Shown piece by piece: positions 28,648 through 38,072 of a stretch of DNA of 49,438 bases. The notes beneath the pieces are model-generated. The model did no database searches, had not been told where the DNA came from, and was given only the letters and a program-made list of their open reading frames with translations. The position numbers were made by a program, and so were the translations under genes. Within the stretch, counting starts at the first letter, position 1, and every line of letters starts with the position of its first letter. The stretch lies in the NCBI GenBank assembly GCA_001304155.1, contig LJUX01000018.1, positions 1 through 49,438 on the forward strand. The letters run 5' to 3'. This DNA comes from a candidate division Zixibacteria bacterium SM23_73_3. Lineage in GTDB: Bacteria; Zixibacteria; MSB-5A5; SM1-73.

Positions 28648-29792
28648 CTTAAAACTTGGGGGAGAATCTTTTTTATTTTATCACAGACAAAAATAACATC
28701 TTCTTTTTCAAGCAGCGGGTGTAAGGGGAGGGTTACCTGGTGTGCCCCTACATATTCGGTCAAGGGAAGCTTTGTCTGGTTTCCCCTCAGGTTCTTTCGG
28801 TAGTAGGAAAACTTATGAATGGGCGGATAATGTATGCTGGACTGGATCCTCTCTTTTTTCAAAAACTCCATAAACTTTTTTCTGTTTACCTTTTTATTCA
28901 GAAGGATAGGAAAAAGATGATAGGAGGATTTACGAGGATAATCTCTGAACGGAATGGAAAAGCCATCTATCCCTTTTAAATTTGACACATAAAGTTCCGT
29001 CAAGACTTTTCTTTTCTTATTCGCCCGGTGTAATTTCTTTAGCTGCAATATGCCCAGTGCGGCAGATATCTCGGTCATTCGATAATTATATCCCAGCTCC
29101 ACCACGTCGTATGTATAGGTGTGACCTTTGTGCCTGTTCAAGGTCATGCTGGTCATTCCATGGGACCGGAGAAGTTTGAGTTTTCTGGCAAGCCGGTCAT
29201 TATGGGTTAGGATCATTCCTCCCTCACCGGTAGCCAAATTCTTGTTGGAGAAAAAGGAAAAACAGCCGACCTCACCAAGCGTGCCTGCCATTTTTGAATT
29301 TAAGTCCGCTCCGATGGCATGAGCGGAATCCTCAATGACGAAAAGTTTATGCTTTCTGGCGATTCTTTTAATTTCCTGCATATCTGCCAGATACCCGCCG
29401 TAGTGAACCACCACAATCGCCTTGGTCTTGTTGGTGATCTTCTTTTCTAAATCTTCACAGGAGAGATTGAAATCATTCCATCCGCTTATGTCCACAAAAG
29501 TAGGCTTTGCTCCCACATACAGGATGGCGTTGGAGGAGGCAACAAAGCTCAATGATGGGACGATAACTTGGTCTGGGGGTTTGATGTTTAGAGCCCTCAT
29601 AGCCAGATGCAGAGCTGCAGTGCCGCTGGAGACAGTAATGGCATGCCTTGCCCCCATAAAATGGGCAAACTCTTCTTCCAACCTCTCCACGATTTCGCCC
29701 ATGGTGAGCCACCTGTTTTCTATTACCTCATCTACCATCTTTCGCTCACGCTGGTCGAAATTCAGATCAGATAGAGTTACCTTCCATTTCAT
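28644..29792 (-). CDS. DegT/DnrJ/EryC1/StrS sugar aminotransferase
   Basis: SSGTAALHLA, EDSAHA, FSFFSNKNLATGEGG, GYNYR. Confidence 0.95.
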   Translation of the reverse strand: MKWKVTLSDLNFDQRERKMVDEVIENRWLTMGEIVERLEEEFAHFMGARHAITVSSGTAALHLAMRALNIKPPDQVIVPSLSFVASSNAILYVGAKPTFVDISGWNDFNLSCEDLEKKITNKTKAIVVVHYGGYLADMQEIKRIARKHKLFVIEDSAHAIGADLNSKMAGTLGEVGCFSFFSNKNLATGEGGMILTHNDRLARKLKLLRSHGMTSMTLNRHKGHTYTYDVVELGYNYRMTEISAALGILQLKKLHRANKKRKVLTELYVSNLKGIDGFSIPFRDYPRKSSYHLFPILLNKKVNRKKFMEFLKKERIQSSIHYPPIHKFSYYRKNLRGNQTKLPLTEYVGAHQVTLPLHPLLEKEDVIFVCDKIKKILPQVLR

Positions 29793-29820
29793 TTTTTATC
29801 TTGAACCTTTGAATTGAAGT

Positions 29821-29911
29821 TGTAGTTGCCCAATTTATACCGCTTTTAGCGGTATCCCGCCAAAGGCGGTGATTGAGCATTATGTTAAGCTCGATAAATC
29901 GAGCAACTATA
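29821..29911. repeat. GTAGTTGC REP-like doublet carrying two micro-hairpin insertions
   Basis: Aligns to the reverse complement of 40027-40082 except for a 35 nt insertion. Confidence 0.85.
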
Positions 29912-29996
29912 CTCTAAAAGAAACCTACAGCTCTTTTCGTGCTCGATATGTTTTTGTTTTGGTAAGCCCGTGATAACGTCGATTTCTTTTTGTTTT

Positions 29997-30707
29997 TTAT
30001 TCCTCGTTCAGGAATTTCTTTCGGTGCTTTTCGAATTCCTCCACCGCCTTTTGATAATCGTCCGGCCTTCCAATGTCCAGCCAGAAATCATCGGAATTGT
30101 ATATCGCCACTTTTTTCTTCTTTTTCAAAAGAAGTTGCATCAAATCGGGGAAATCAAATTTTCCGCCTTTGGGGATGAAATTTAGTATCTCTGGCTCAAA
30201 TACGTATATTCCCATGCTCACTAAGTAGGATAGCTTGGGCTTTTCCATGTATTTGACCAGACTCTCATCTTCATCCTTTTGGATCACGCCAAAGTCGACA
30301 TCCACCCATCTTTTCTGTGCCGCCACGGTGGCAATGGCATTCTGGTTTTTGTGATACTCGATTAAGTTGAGATAATTCAATGTGGTGAGAAGATCCCCAT
30401 TCATCACCATAAATGTTTGATTCAGATTGTTCAGACAGGTCAAGGGACCGACTGTGCCCAGAGGTTTCTCCTCGAAGCTATATTCAATCTTCACCCCCCA
30501 TTTGCTTCCATCACCGAAAAAGGTCTGGATCAGATTACCCAGATGCCCAACCGCCAGAGTGATGTCGACAAGATGGCAATTCTTAAGTTGTCTTAATATT
30601 ACCTCCAGGATGGGAAAGTCTTCTATGGGCATAAGTGGTTTGGGCAAAATTACGGTATAAGGATAAAGTCGCCTCCCTTTACCACCGGCTAAGATTATTA
30701 CCTTCAT
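29997..30707 (-). CDS. Sugar-1-phosphate nucleotidyltransferase
   Basis: ILAGGKGRRL.P.T..LPKPL, PLGTVG, NGD, EKP, WLDIG. Confidence 0.93.
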   Translation of the reverse strand: MKVIILAGGKGRRLYPYTVILPKPLMPIEDFPILEVILRQLKNCHLVDITLAVGHLGNLIQTFFGDGSKWGVKIEYSFEEKPLGTVGPLTCLNNLNQTFMVMNGDLLTTLNYLNLIEYHKNQNAIATVAAQKRWVDVDFGVIQKDEDESLVKYMEKPKLSYLVSMGIYVFEPEILNFIPKGGKFDFPDLMQLLLKKKKKVAIYNSDDFWLDIGRPDDYQKAVEEFEKHRKKFLNEE

Positions 30708-30955
30708 AGTTCGCCTACCTCTGTAAGTTGAAGGCCGAATCCTCAGCGTCTTTTAAAAAATCCGTACCTAAGGACGGGATGAATTCCCGCCCCTAGGAAC
30801 TGACGGAAGTGCACCAGCTTGCTGGTGCGGTTTTCCCTAAAACCAGGTAGTATAGATGTGAAACCATCTGAATTTCATTAAACAGGGAAAGCAAGCTTTC
30901 GCGCTCCAAAAGCCACTTTTTAAATAGCCCTGAAGCTTTAGACTCCCAAAGGGGG

Positions 30956-31945
30956 TTATATATTGTAAATATCCGCTTTGTATCTTCTTAGATTCTTTTC
31001 ATACCAACTTATGGTCTTCTCTATTCCCTGCTTAAGATCTGTTTTGGGATGCCACCCAAAGAGCCTTTTGGCTTTGCGGGAGTCTGAAAAAAGCCTTTCC
31101 ACCTCACTCTTTTCAGGTCGCATTCTTTTCTTTTCTCTTTCAATCTGGATTTTTTTCCCCAGGCAATTTGAAATAAGGTTTGCTATCTGGCTTATCGACA
31201 CTTGGTGACTTGATCCTAAGTTCACCACCTCACCCCCTGTTTTTTCGCATTCGGCAAAGTCGATAAATCCTTTCACCGAGTCCCTCACAAAAGTCAAATC
31301 TCTGGTGGGATAAACAGAACCTAGACTGATTTTTCCTTTTAGCAGTGCCTGCGTAATTATGGACGGGATCACCGCCCGGGCGGATTGTCTGGGACCATAG
31401 ATGTTGAAAGGTCTGATTATGCCCACCGGTAGATCAAATGAGCGATGAAAGGAGAGTGCTAAAAGATCTGCTCCCAATTTACTGGCGGCATAAGGAGATT
31501 GGGGATTTACCGGGTGTTCCTCATCCATGGGTACGTATTGCGCCGTGCCATAAATCTCACTGGTGGAGGTGTGAACTACTTTTTGAGTACCAAAGTCAAG
31601 TGCCGCAGTCAGAATATTAAGCGTCCCGTTTATGTTGGTATCGACCACGTCCCTGGGATTGACATAGGAGTAAGGAATTCCAATTAAGGCTCCCAGATGG
31701 AAGATCACCTGCTGGTCACGGGCGGCTTCTCTGACGCAATCTGCATCTTTTAAATCTCCTGTAACCACTTCAGTCGCATTTAGTATATTCTTTGGCACAT
31801 CTTCCAGCATTCCCCAGTCGTTTCGGGAATTGTAATGAACAAAAGCCCGAACCCTGGCGCCTCTTTTCACTAAAGCTTCCACCAAGTGACTTCCCACGAA
31901 TCCACCAACTCCGGTGACCAAAACCTTTTTACCTTTTATCTTCAA
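30956..31945 (-). CDS. NAD-dependent nucleotide-sugar 4,6-dehydratase (LegB-like SDR)
   Basis: GVGGFVGSH, HLGALIGIPYSY, TSTSE.YG, YAASK, RPFN.YGPRQS. Confidence 0.9.
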   Translation of the reverse strand: MKIKGKKVLVTGVGGFVGSHLVEALVKRGARVRAFVHYNSRNDWGMLEDVPKNILNATEVVTGDLKDADCVREAARDQQVIFHLGALIGIPYSYVNPRDVVDTNINGTLNILTAALDFGTQKVVHTSTSEIYGTAQYVPMDEEHPVNPQSPYAASKLGADLLALSFHRSFDLPVGIIRPFNIYGPRQSARAVIPSIITQALLKGKISLGSVYPTRDLTFVRDSVKGFIDFAECEKTGGEVVNLGSSHQVSISQIANLISNCLGKKIQIEREKKRMRPEKSEVERLFSDSRKAKRLFGWHPKTDLKQGIEKTISWYEKNLRRYKADIYNI

Positions 31946-32037
31946 ATCTCATTTCTCCTAACTCTGAATTTGAAATAATAGATAATCAAATCTCCCTCTG
32001 AAAGCAAGTCAAATTGATACCTAAAATTATTGAATTC

Positions 32038-33237
32038 TCAAAGGTCTTGAGATGCAGGTATGTCTTGGAGACTTGATGCATGGACGGGTGAGGATAGGGC
32101 ATGTTCTTTAGGGAGAACAATCTTTAGATAATCATCCACCGCCTTTTCAATATTAAGTAATTTCAAGGCTTTCGGTATATTCCTGGAGTAATCTTTTTTT
32201 TGACAGGCGAACTCGATTATGGCCTGAGATAACTTTTGTACATCTTTTGGGGGAACCACTTTGCCCAGATTAAACCTTTTCACCAGATAACCCATGTCAC
32301 CCACTTCGGTGACAATAAGAGGCGTTCCCATCTGAAGGGCCTCGGAGAAAACCAAAGGAATGCTGTCACTTCTGGAGGGAATGATCAGGCAGTCAACTTG
32401 CTTAATATAGTTAGCCACCGACTTGGTGGATACTTTTCCTACAATTTTGACCTCATCTTCTAATTTAAGTTCTCTTACCAGTCTCTTCATCTTATTTTCG
32501 AAATCACCCCATCCTAAAACATAAAGATTTACTGAAAGCAGTTTATTTTTGACCAGACCAAATGCCTTGATCAAATCATCTAAACCCTTCTCCTTATCCC
32601 ACCGTCCCACATATAAGAAATTAGATCTCGTGGAATCAAGTTGCTCTTCTCCCTCAGAGGCAGATGGAAGCCTTCGCATGCTGGGAAGAAACAAGCACCT
32701 TTTGCCTGCAAGCTTTTCTACCTTTTCCTTCAGATCGAATCCATCGGCAAAGAGATGGTCTGCCCCCTGCAGGACTTTTCTTATGATTTTTCGCAGGACC
32801 GGCTTTTTCCCCCATACATAAATATCCGAACCCAAACACCATACCGAATACGGAATCCCCAGCTCTTTTTTCGCCTGATAAGCAAACCATCCTGAAGGCA
32901 GTGCCCATAAAGCCAGGCAAGAATCGGGATTGGTTCTGTTAAGATGTTCTGAAAGCTGGCTCTTGCCATTTTTCAAAAAAGAGAAAAGCTGAAACAGTTC
33001 TCTGGGATTAAAGAAGTTTAAAGACCCCACCACCTTTTTCCCGCCCTGCCAGTGAAATCGAATTATATCCTCTCTCCACTCCATCCTTTGTGTCTGATAA
33101 TAAGGGGTGAAGACAGAAACAGTCATTCCCTTTTCCTTCAATCCCAGGTGAAAGTCATGCACAAAGGGTGAAGCCACATCGTCAGGATGTGCGGGATAAC
33201 GATTGGTGATCAGGCAGATCTTTTGGGAGGTTAACAT
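32038..33237 (-). CDS. Family 4 (GT-B) glycosyltransferase
   Basis: LYVGR...EKG, PS.SDSIPLVFSEAL..G.P. Confidence 0.9.
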   Translation of the reverse strand: MLTSQKICLITNRYPAHPDDVASPFVHDFHLGLKEKGMTVSVFTPYYQTQRMEWREDIIRFHWQGGKKVVGSLNFFNPRELFQLFSFLKNGKSQLSEHLNRTNPDSCLALWALPSGWFAYQAKKELGIPYSVWCLGSDIYVWGKKPVLRKIIRKVLQGADHLFADGFDLKEKVEKLAGKRCLFLPSMRRLPSASEGEEQLDSTRSNFLYVGRWDKEKGLDDLIKAFGLVKNKLLSVNLYVLGWGDFENKMKRLVRELKLEDEVKIVGKVSTKSVANYIKQVDCLIIPSRSDSIPLVFSEALQMGTPLIVTEVGDMGYLVKRFNLGKVVPPKDVQKLSQAIIEFACQKKDYSRNIPKALKLLNIEKAVDDYLKIVLPKEHALSSPVHASSLQDIPASQDL

Positions 33238-33257
33238 TTATTTTTTAATTGGTTTTT

Positions 33258-33342
33258 GCCAACAGATTAAGTAATTCCCAACAGGTTGAATGACGAAACA
33301 GATTTTATTACCTTGTAATCTGTTTACTTCTGTTGGGAGATT
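33258..33342. repeat. CCAACAGAT...TCTGTTGGG palindromic element
   Basis: Related to 21392-21470. Confidence 0.6.
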
Positions 33343-33352
33343 ATTTTTTCGA

Positions 33353-34384
33353 CTATTCAGGTGTCTCTGAGGGCAGATAATCCACTTCTTTTTTCTCCAC
33401 TTCAATCTTTGCGGGTAACTTATTTATTTTATCCTCCAAGGCCTTATTTTCTCTTTGTATCTTGTAGATTTCTTTTCTTAAGTGAACTAGTTGTGTCCCC
33501 AAAAATCCAAAAAGGAGCACCTGAATTCCGGCTATGACTAAAAGCACTATCAAGGTCATCAGAGGACGGTTGGGATTTAAGGTTCCCTTCTGCCATAGAT
33601 ATATTATGTAAGTTCCCCCCACAAATCCCAAAGACAGCATGAAAAGACCGATGGCACCGAATAAGATTATGGGCTTTTCGAAAAAGGAAAAGACCAGATG
33701 CGAGACTGCGGTGGCTTTGAATTTGAATTTTGATTCACCTTTAGCTCTGACTTTCAGGATAGCTGGCAGTTCCTTGGCTTTGTATCCCATAGACAGAGCT
33801 TTGGAAAGAATCTCTAAATGTATCTCCTTGCCATCTGATTCCAGCTCCAGTGCGCTTATGCATTCCTTGCGGTATGCCCTTAAAACTCCGGTCACAGTGG
33901 TAAGTTTCCCTCTCATGGCAAATCCTAAAATTTTATTTCCCCATTTACTCAAAAGCAATCTAAATAGGGGGACACCCTCTGTTTTCCCTCCATAAGCATA
34001 GGGCGAGCCGACCACCAGATCGACCTCTGGGTTCAGGTCCAGAACCTCAATCATCTGAAGGATGTATTTTTCATCATAGCTTAAATCAGCGTCAGTGGTG
34101 CATATTATCTTACCCTGGGCTTGGGCAAATCCGACCCTCAACGCTTTTCCTCTTCCCTGATTGACCGGATAAGAGATCAGCTTGATCCAGCGATTTAAAT
34201 GAGAGTAATCCTCCACCACTTTTCTGGTCTTATCCGCGGAGCCATCGTCTACCACAATTATCTCCCATCTTTTGGGAATAGAGTCTAAAGCTTTGGTGAG
34301 CCGATCCAGGGTATCTGGAGCATTCTCCTCCTCGTTGAACATGGGCACCACCACGGAGATGTCTATGTTTTTTTCCCTTCTCAT
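33353..34384 (-). CDS. Family 2 polyprenol-phosphate glycosyltransferase (DPM1/GtrB/ArnC-like) with two C-terminal TMs
   Basis: SVVVPMFNEE, VDDGSAD, NQGRG.A, DADL; two TM helices. Confidence 0.9.
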   Translation of the reverse strand: MRREKNIDISVVVPMFNEEENAPDTLDRLTKALDSIPKRWEIIVVDDGSADKTRKVVEDYSHLNRWIKLISYPVNQGRGKALRVGFAQAQGKIICTTDADLSYDEKYILQMIEVLDLNPEVDLVVGSPYAYGGKTEGVPLFRLLLSKWGNKILGFAMRGKLTTVTGVLRAYRKECISALELESDGKEIHLEILSKALSMGYKAKELPAILKVRAKGESKFKFKATAVSHLVFSFFEKPIILFGAIGLFMLSLGFVGGTYIIYLWQKGTLNPNRPLMTLIVLLVIAGIQVLLFGFLGTQLVHLRKEIYKIQRENKALEDKINKLPAKIEVEKKEVDYLPSETPE

Positions 34385-34392
34385 TTCTCTCC

Positions 34393-36360
34393 TTAAGTCT
34401 TTTCCAGAAGCTTTCTCGCCTCCAGATTGTATGGCTCCAGCTCCAGACCCGCCTGAAAGAAATCTGAAGCTTTGGCTTTGTCTCCGTTTTTAAGGAATGC
34501 TTTCCCTAGCTGAAAGTAGATTCTGGCATTAGATGGATCCACATCCAGAGCCCATAAAAAATATTCTGTAGACAAAGATGAGCCACCTTTCAGGTCATAA
34601 AATGCACCCAGGTTAAAGATAAGATTCCCCCAATGCCCCTGGGTGATGATATCAAGGTTTTTGTGCGTCAGATTCTTTTTTAAGAAGTCTTTCTGCTCTT
34701 TAATATCTTTATCGGTCAAAATCACCTTTATTGGACAGAACTCGAATAAATATTCAGCTGGACGAAGATGCTGAACAAATAGAGAATGACTGGAGAAGTA
34801 CGTGGAATAGACCGGGAGATTGTTAACATTTAGTTGTGAGACTTCCCATGCGATTTCCCCAAAGTCTTTTTGTTCAAACTTGGGAAGTTTTATATCTGTG
34901 TACTGCTGATTTATCTGCTCTCTATAACTTTTCTGTGTCAGGGCAGATATGCTTACTATCTTGACATCCGGTCTCATACCACAAGACAGGTTCAGATACC
35001 ACAGGGGAGTTAAGGTGTTATCATCGCCCACCAAAATCAAGGCATCTTTTTTAACAGAACTTAGGATCTGGTGGGCATAACTATAAGCTCCATCTTGTGA
35101 CCTCTTATTGCACTGGTGGAGGTTCTTCCACACCTGAAACAGAGGCAGTAAAAGGACTATCGCAAAAAGAACGTATCCAACCGTGTAGCTCACAACCTTA
35201 TAAGTTTCGCTATTTGAATTAGCATGAATGATTCTTGCTTCTTTGAATATCCAGCTTAAGACTGTCTCTAATCCCAAAGCGAACCAGATGGTAAATACAG
35301 AAAGCAAGGGCAAAAGGTAACCCAAAAGATCATAATTTCTTAAAGAGAAATCGACGGCCCAGGTGGCGGTCAATACGTTTAAGATGAAGATTGAAAAGGT
35401 GAATAAGAAAACCCTCCGGCAGGATTTAAACAAAGAAATTGCTCCCACCACCCCCAGCCAGAAAAAAGCCAGACCGAATTGAGCCACCGGAAAGGAGAGA
35501 TTAAACCACAATCGATTCAAATAAGGAAAACTTACACCAGAGGGAGAAACACTTGGCTGAGAGGTTCGGAAAAGATAAGAGAAAAAGCTTGTCCAGGTGT
35601 CCGGTTTTCCCCAGTTGATGGCGGGCGAAAGACTTGATCTAATAGGTAAATAAAAATAAACAGATATTCCCAGTATAATAAAAACAGCCAACAAGATCAG
35701 TCTCTTTGGCTGGAGTAGAAGCTTGAAATCAATGGTCAGACGACCGCCCGGCTGGGCGGAAAAGAAAAATAACATAAAGGCGGGCGCCAGGGTGATGATC
35801 AGAAGTGGGTGGTTGGTCAAAGATAGACCCAGAATAAAAGAGAATAAGAGCAATGTCTTGAAGCCGAGAACAGATTCCTTAAATTGCCCCCATTTTATCA
35901 TAAGAAAAATCAAAAGCAAGGTGAAAAAGATATTCAGAGTATAAACCTCTGCCCTTATGGTCTGCAGCCAGAAGGAGGTGGAAAATGCCAAAAATAGTAT
36001 GCTGGTTGTGGTGGACAATCTCAAAAACGATCGGCTGGATTTTATCCGGTTGAAGATTTCGAGGATCAAAAGATATAAAAGCGAAAGAGCCAGACTGCCC
36101 CAGAGGGCGGACATGAGGTTGGACCTGAAAGCGTGATTTTCGATTGGGATAATTGAAAATACTCTCCCCGAAAGAACATATATGGGAAAACCAGGCGAAT
36201 GAGGAATACCAAGGGTGGAGTTGACCGCAGAGAAAGCGGCTGAATCTTCCCAATAGATAGTGGGGCACAAGGTTAAAATGTATACTCCGAAGGTTACTAT
36301 GAAAATTGCTCCGCTTAGGATAACATTACTTCTTGTGGTGGCTTTGTCGAATCGTTTCAT
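34393..36360 (-). CDS. DUF2723 / TMEM260-like GT-C membrane glycosyltransferase with C-terminal TPR (copy A)
   Basis: YILTLCPT...DS......LGIPHSPGFPIY, AEVYTL, GLSLTNH, YLPIRS...P.INWG, RPDV, TPR tail. Confidence 0.88.
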   Translation of the reverse strand: MKRFDKATTRSNVILSGAIFIVTFGVYILTLCPTIYWEDSAAFSAVNSTLGIPHSPGFPIYVLSGRVFSIIPIENHAFRSNLMSALWGSLALSLLYLLILEIFNRIKSSRSFLRLSTTTSILFLAFSTSFWLQTIRAEVYTLNIFFTLLLIFLMIKWGQFKESVLGFKTLLLFSFILGLSLTNHPLLIITLAPAFMLFFFSAQPGGRLTIDFKLLLQPKRLILLAVFIILGISVYFYLPIRSSLSPAINWGKPDTWTSFFSYLFRTSQPSVSPSGVSFPYLNRLWFNLSFPVAQFGLAFFWLGVVGAISLFKSCRRVFLFTFSIFILNVLTATWAVDFSLRNYDLLGYLLPLLSVFTIWFALGLETVLSWIFKEARIIHANSNSETYKVVSYTVGYVLFAIVLLLPLFQVWKNLHQCNKRSQDGAYSYAHQILSSVKKDALILVGDDNTLTPLWYLNLSCGMRPDVKIVSISALTQKSYREQINQQYTDIKLPKFEQKDFGEIAWEVSQLNVNNLPVYSTYFSSHSLFVQHLRPAEYLFEFCPIKVILTDKDIKEQKDFLKKNLTHKNLDIITQGHWGNLIFNLGAFYDLKGGSSLSTEYFLWALDVDPSNARIYFQLGKAFLKNGDKAKASDFFQAGLELEPYNLEARKLLEKT

Positions 36361-36692
36361 ATTATTATGGTCGGAAACAGGGGTTAAACATTTAGGTTTG
36401 ACCTCACCTCTCCACCCACACGCCCTTTGTTCGTCACGGACGCCTTGTCCGTGAGGGAAAAGTAGATGGTAACGGATTCATCCTGATCCAGCCTTTGGCG
36501 GGAGAACGGACGAGGGCGTCTTTTACCAACGAAGAGGAAAATCTTGGGGAGATTTAATCCCCCTTTAAAAAAGGGGGAATTCTGAATAGTCCCCCTTTGC
36601 AAAAGGGGGATTCTCTGCCATAGGCAGATCCGCCTCAAGTTGGGACAGGGGTTGAACCCCTGCCCCAACAAACAAATTGTCCTGAGAAGAAC

Positions 36693-36724
36693 AAAAAAGG
36701 GGACTCAAATCCTTGAGTCCCCTT
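36693..36724 (-). terminator. Intrinsic terminator after the major pilin gene
   Basis: Minus strand AAGGGGACTCAA-GGAT-TTGAGTCCCCTTTTTT. Confidence 0.88.
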
Positions 36725-36748
36725 CTCTCACACAAAAAGGTGAAACCC

Positions 36749-37177
36749 TTAGTCTGTCGCATCATTGCTGGTACAGGTCAAAACGCCGTTGTGAGTCATG
36801 GTCCAGGTATCCACAGTACCATCGTCATCTAAGATGCCCGAAGTAGCGGTTGCGGTAAAGGTGTTCGCGGCTGCAACGATGCTGTAGCTGTAGCGAGCAG
36901 TGGACATGATGTCCACGCCGATGCGGGCAAATCCATCCTGGTCGGCGGCTGAGGCTGATTCACCATTGCCCCAATAGGCATCATACTCCTGACGATACGC
37001 TCGCTCCATAGCGTAAATCTGCTTTAAGATGTTTTTTGCCTCAGACTGCTTGGACTTGGTGGTTGCTCGCATAAATCGTGGGATAGCCAGAGCGGCCAAA
37101 ATTCCGATGATGACCACCACGATCATCAACTCGATCAAGGTGAAACCTTTTTGGCTTCGATGAAATTTGCTCAACAT
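36749..37177 (-). CDS. pilA: Type IVa pilin, probable major pilin
   Basis: QKG^FTLIELMIVVVIIGILAALAIPRF (G-1, F1, E5, P22); own sigma54 promoter and terminator. Confidence 0.92.
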   Translation of the reverse strand: MLSKFHRSQKGFTLIELMIVVVIIGILAALAIPRFMRATTKSKQSEAKNILKQIYAMERAYRQEYDAYWGNGESASAADQDGFARIGVDIMSTARYSYSIVAAANTFTATATSGILDDDGTVDTWTMTHNGVLTCTSNDATD

Positions 37178-37254
37178 CCTCTTTCACCCCCTTCATTAGT
37201 TTTAAGTTTTCCTGTTCACATTTTTAACACTTTTCATCTTCCCATAAACATAAA

Positions 37255-37270
37255 TGCAAAAGTCGTGCCA
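37255..37270 (-). promoter_or_regulatory. Consensus sigma54 promoter of pilA
   Basis: Minus strand TGGCACGACTTTTGCA. Confidence 0.9.
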
Positions 37271-37420
37271 CCTGTCTTTTTTGTATTTCCCTTCCTCTTA
37301 ACCTTTTGTTTTAAATCAAGATAACCCTTCTGTTCAAAATTTGATGTTCATTTGTACAGTGCCTTCATTAGTGTATTCTGCTTGTCTTCTTTCAAAACGC
37401 CATGTTTGGTTTCCCCTGGT

Positions 37421-37861
37421 TTAGTCTTTAGAGTCATCAGTGACACAGGTGAAATTACCGGTTTGGTCTACGGTCCAGATATCCAAAGTGGGGTCGTCAT
37501 CCAGCCCGGTGGCGCTTCGGGACCCAGCGGTGGCTAAAAAGGTGAAGGCGTCTCCGGTCACCGAGTAGCTATAATAAACCGCCGGCATTATCTCCACATG
37601 CAAAGGAGCTATGACTCCCCCGGGTTGAGCAACAACAGTGCTTCCGTCACCGGGGTAATAGCTATTCTTCTCCTGCCGGTAAGCCCTTTGCATGGTATAG
37701 ATTTGTTTTAAGATTAGTTTTGCCTCGGTCTGCTTGGATTTCACCGAAGCACGCATAAAACGGGGAATCGCCATCGCCGCCAGGATAGCGATGATAACTA
37801 CTACGATCATTAACTCGATCAAAGTGAAGCCTTTACTTCTCCAACGCCTTTTTAATCTCAT
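37421..37861 (-). CDS. Second type IVa pilin, paralogue of pilA
   Basis: SKG^FTLIELMIVVVIIAILAAMAIPRF; start reassigned to ATG 37861 behind SD AAGGAG. Confidence 0.9.
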   Translation of the reverse strand: MRLKRRWRSKGFTLIELMIVVVIIAILAAMAIPRFMRASVKSKQTEAKLILKQIYTMQRAYRQEKNSYYPGDGSTVVAQPGGVIAPLHVEIMPAVYYSYSVTGDAFTFLATAGSRSATGLDDDPTLDIWTVDQTGNFTCVTDDSKD

Positions 37862-37895
37862 ATATAATCTCCTTACTTTCAACAACTAAAAGAAA

Positions 37896-37911
37896 TGCAA
37901 AATCCATGCAA
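37896..37911 (-). promoter_or_regulatory. Degenerate sigma54-like promoter of the second pilin
   Basis: Minus strand TTGCATGGATTTTGCA: -12 box intact, -24 GG changed to TG. Confidence 0.45.
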
Positions 37912-38072
37912 CTCTGAACCATAACTGCTAAGATGTTTCACACGAGGAGATAAGAGTTTGTTCGTTTTTCGAGCATCTGCCCCGGTGGAGATGTTTCTGC
38001 CTGATTCATCGCAAAATGCAAGCTTCCATCCACCTTGTTTTTTGCTCCTTTCTTTGAGCCACCAAAAGATTT

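Noticed and set aside
28644-31945. Legionaminic acid biosynthesis cluster
   Set aside because: No NeuB synthase, NeuC epimerase or CMP-synthetase in the window
36749-37177. Electrically conductive (e-pilus) pilin
   Set aside because: Aromatics occur at mature positions 1, 24, 50 and 57 (12 F/Y/W in 131 aa), but position 27 is Ala and the pilin is full length; not supportable from sequence
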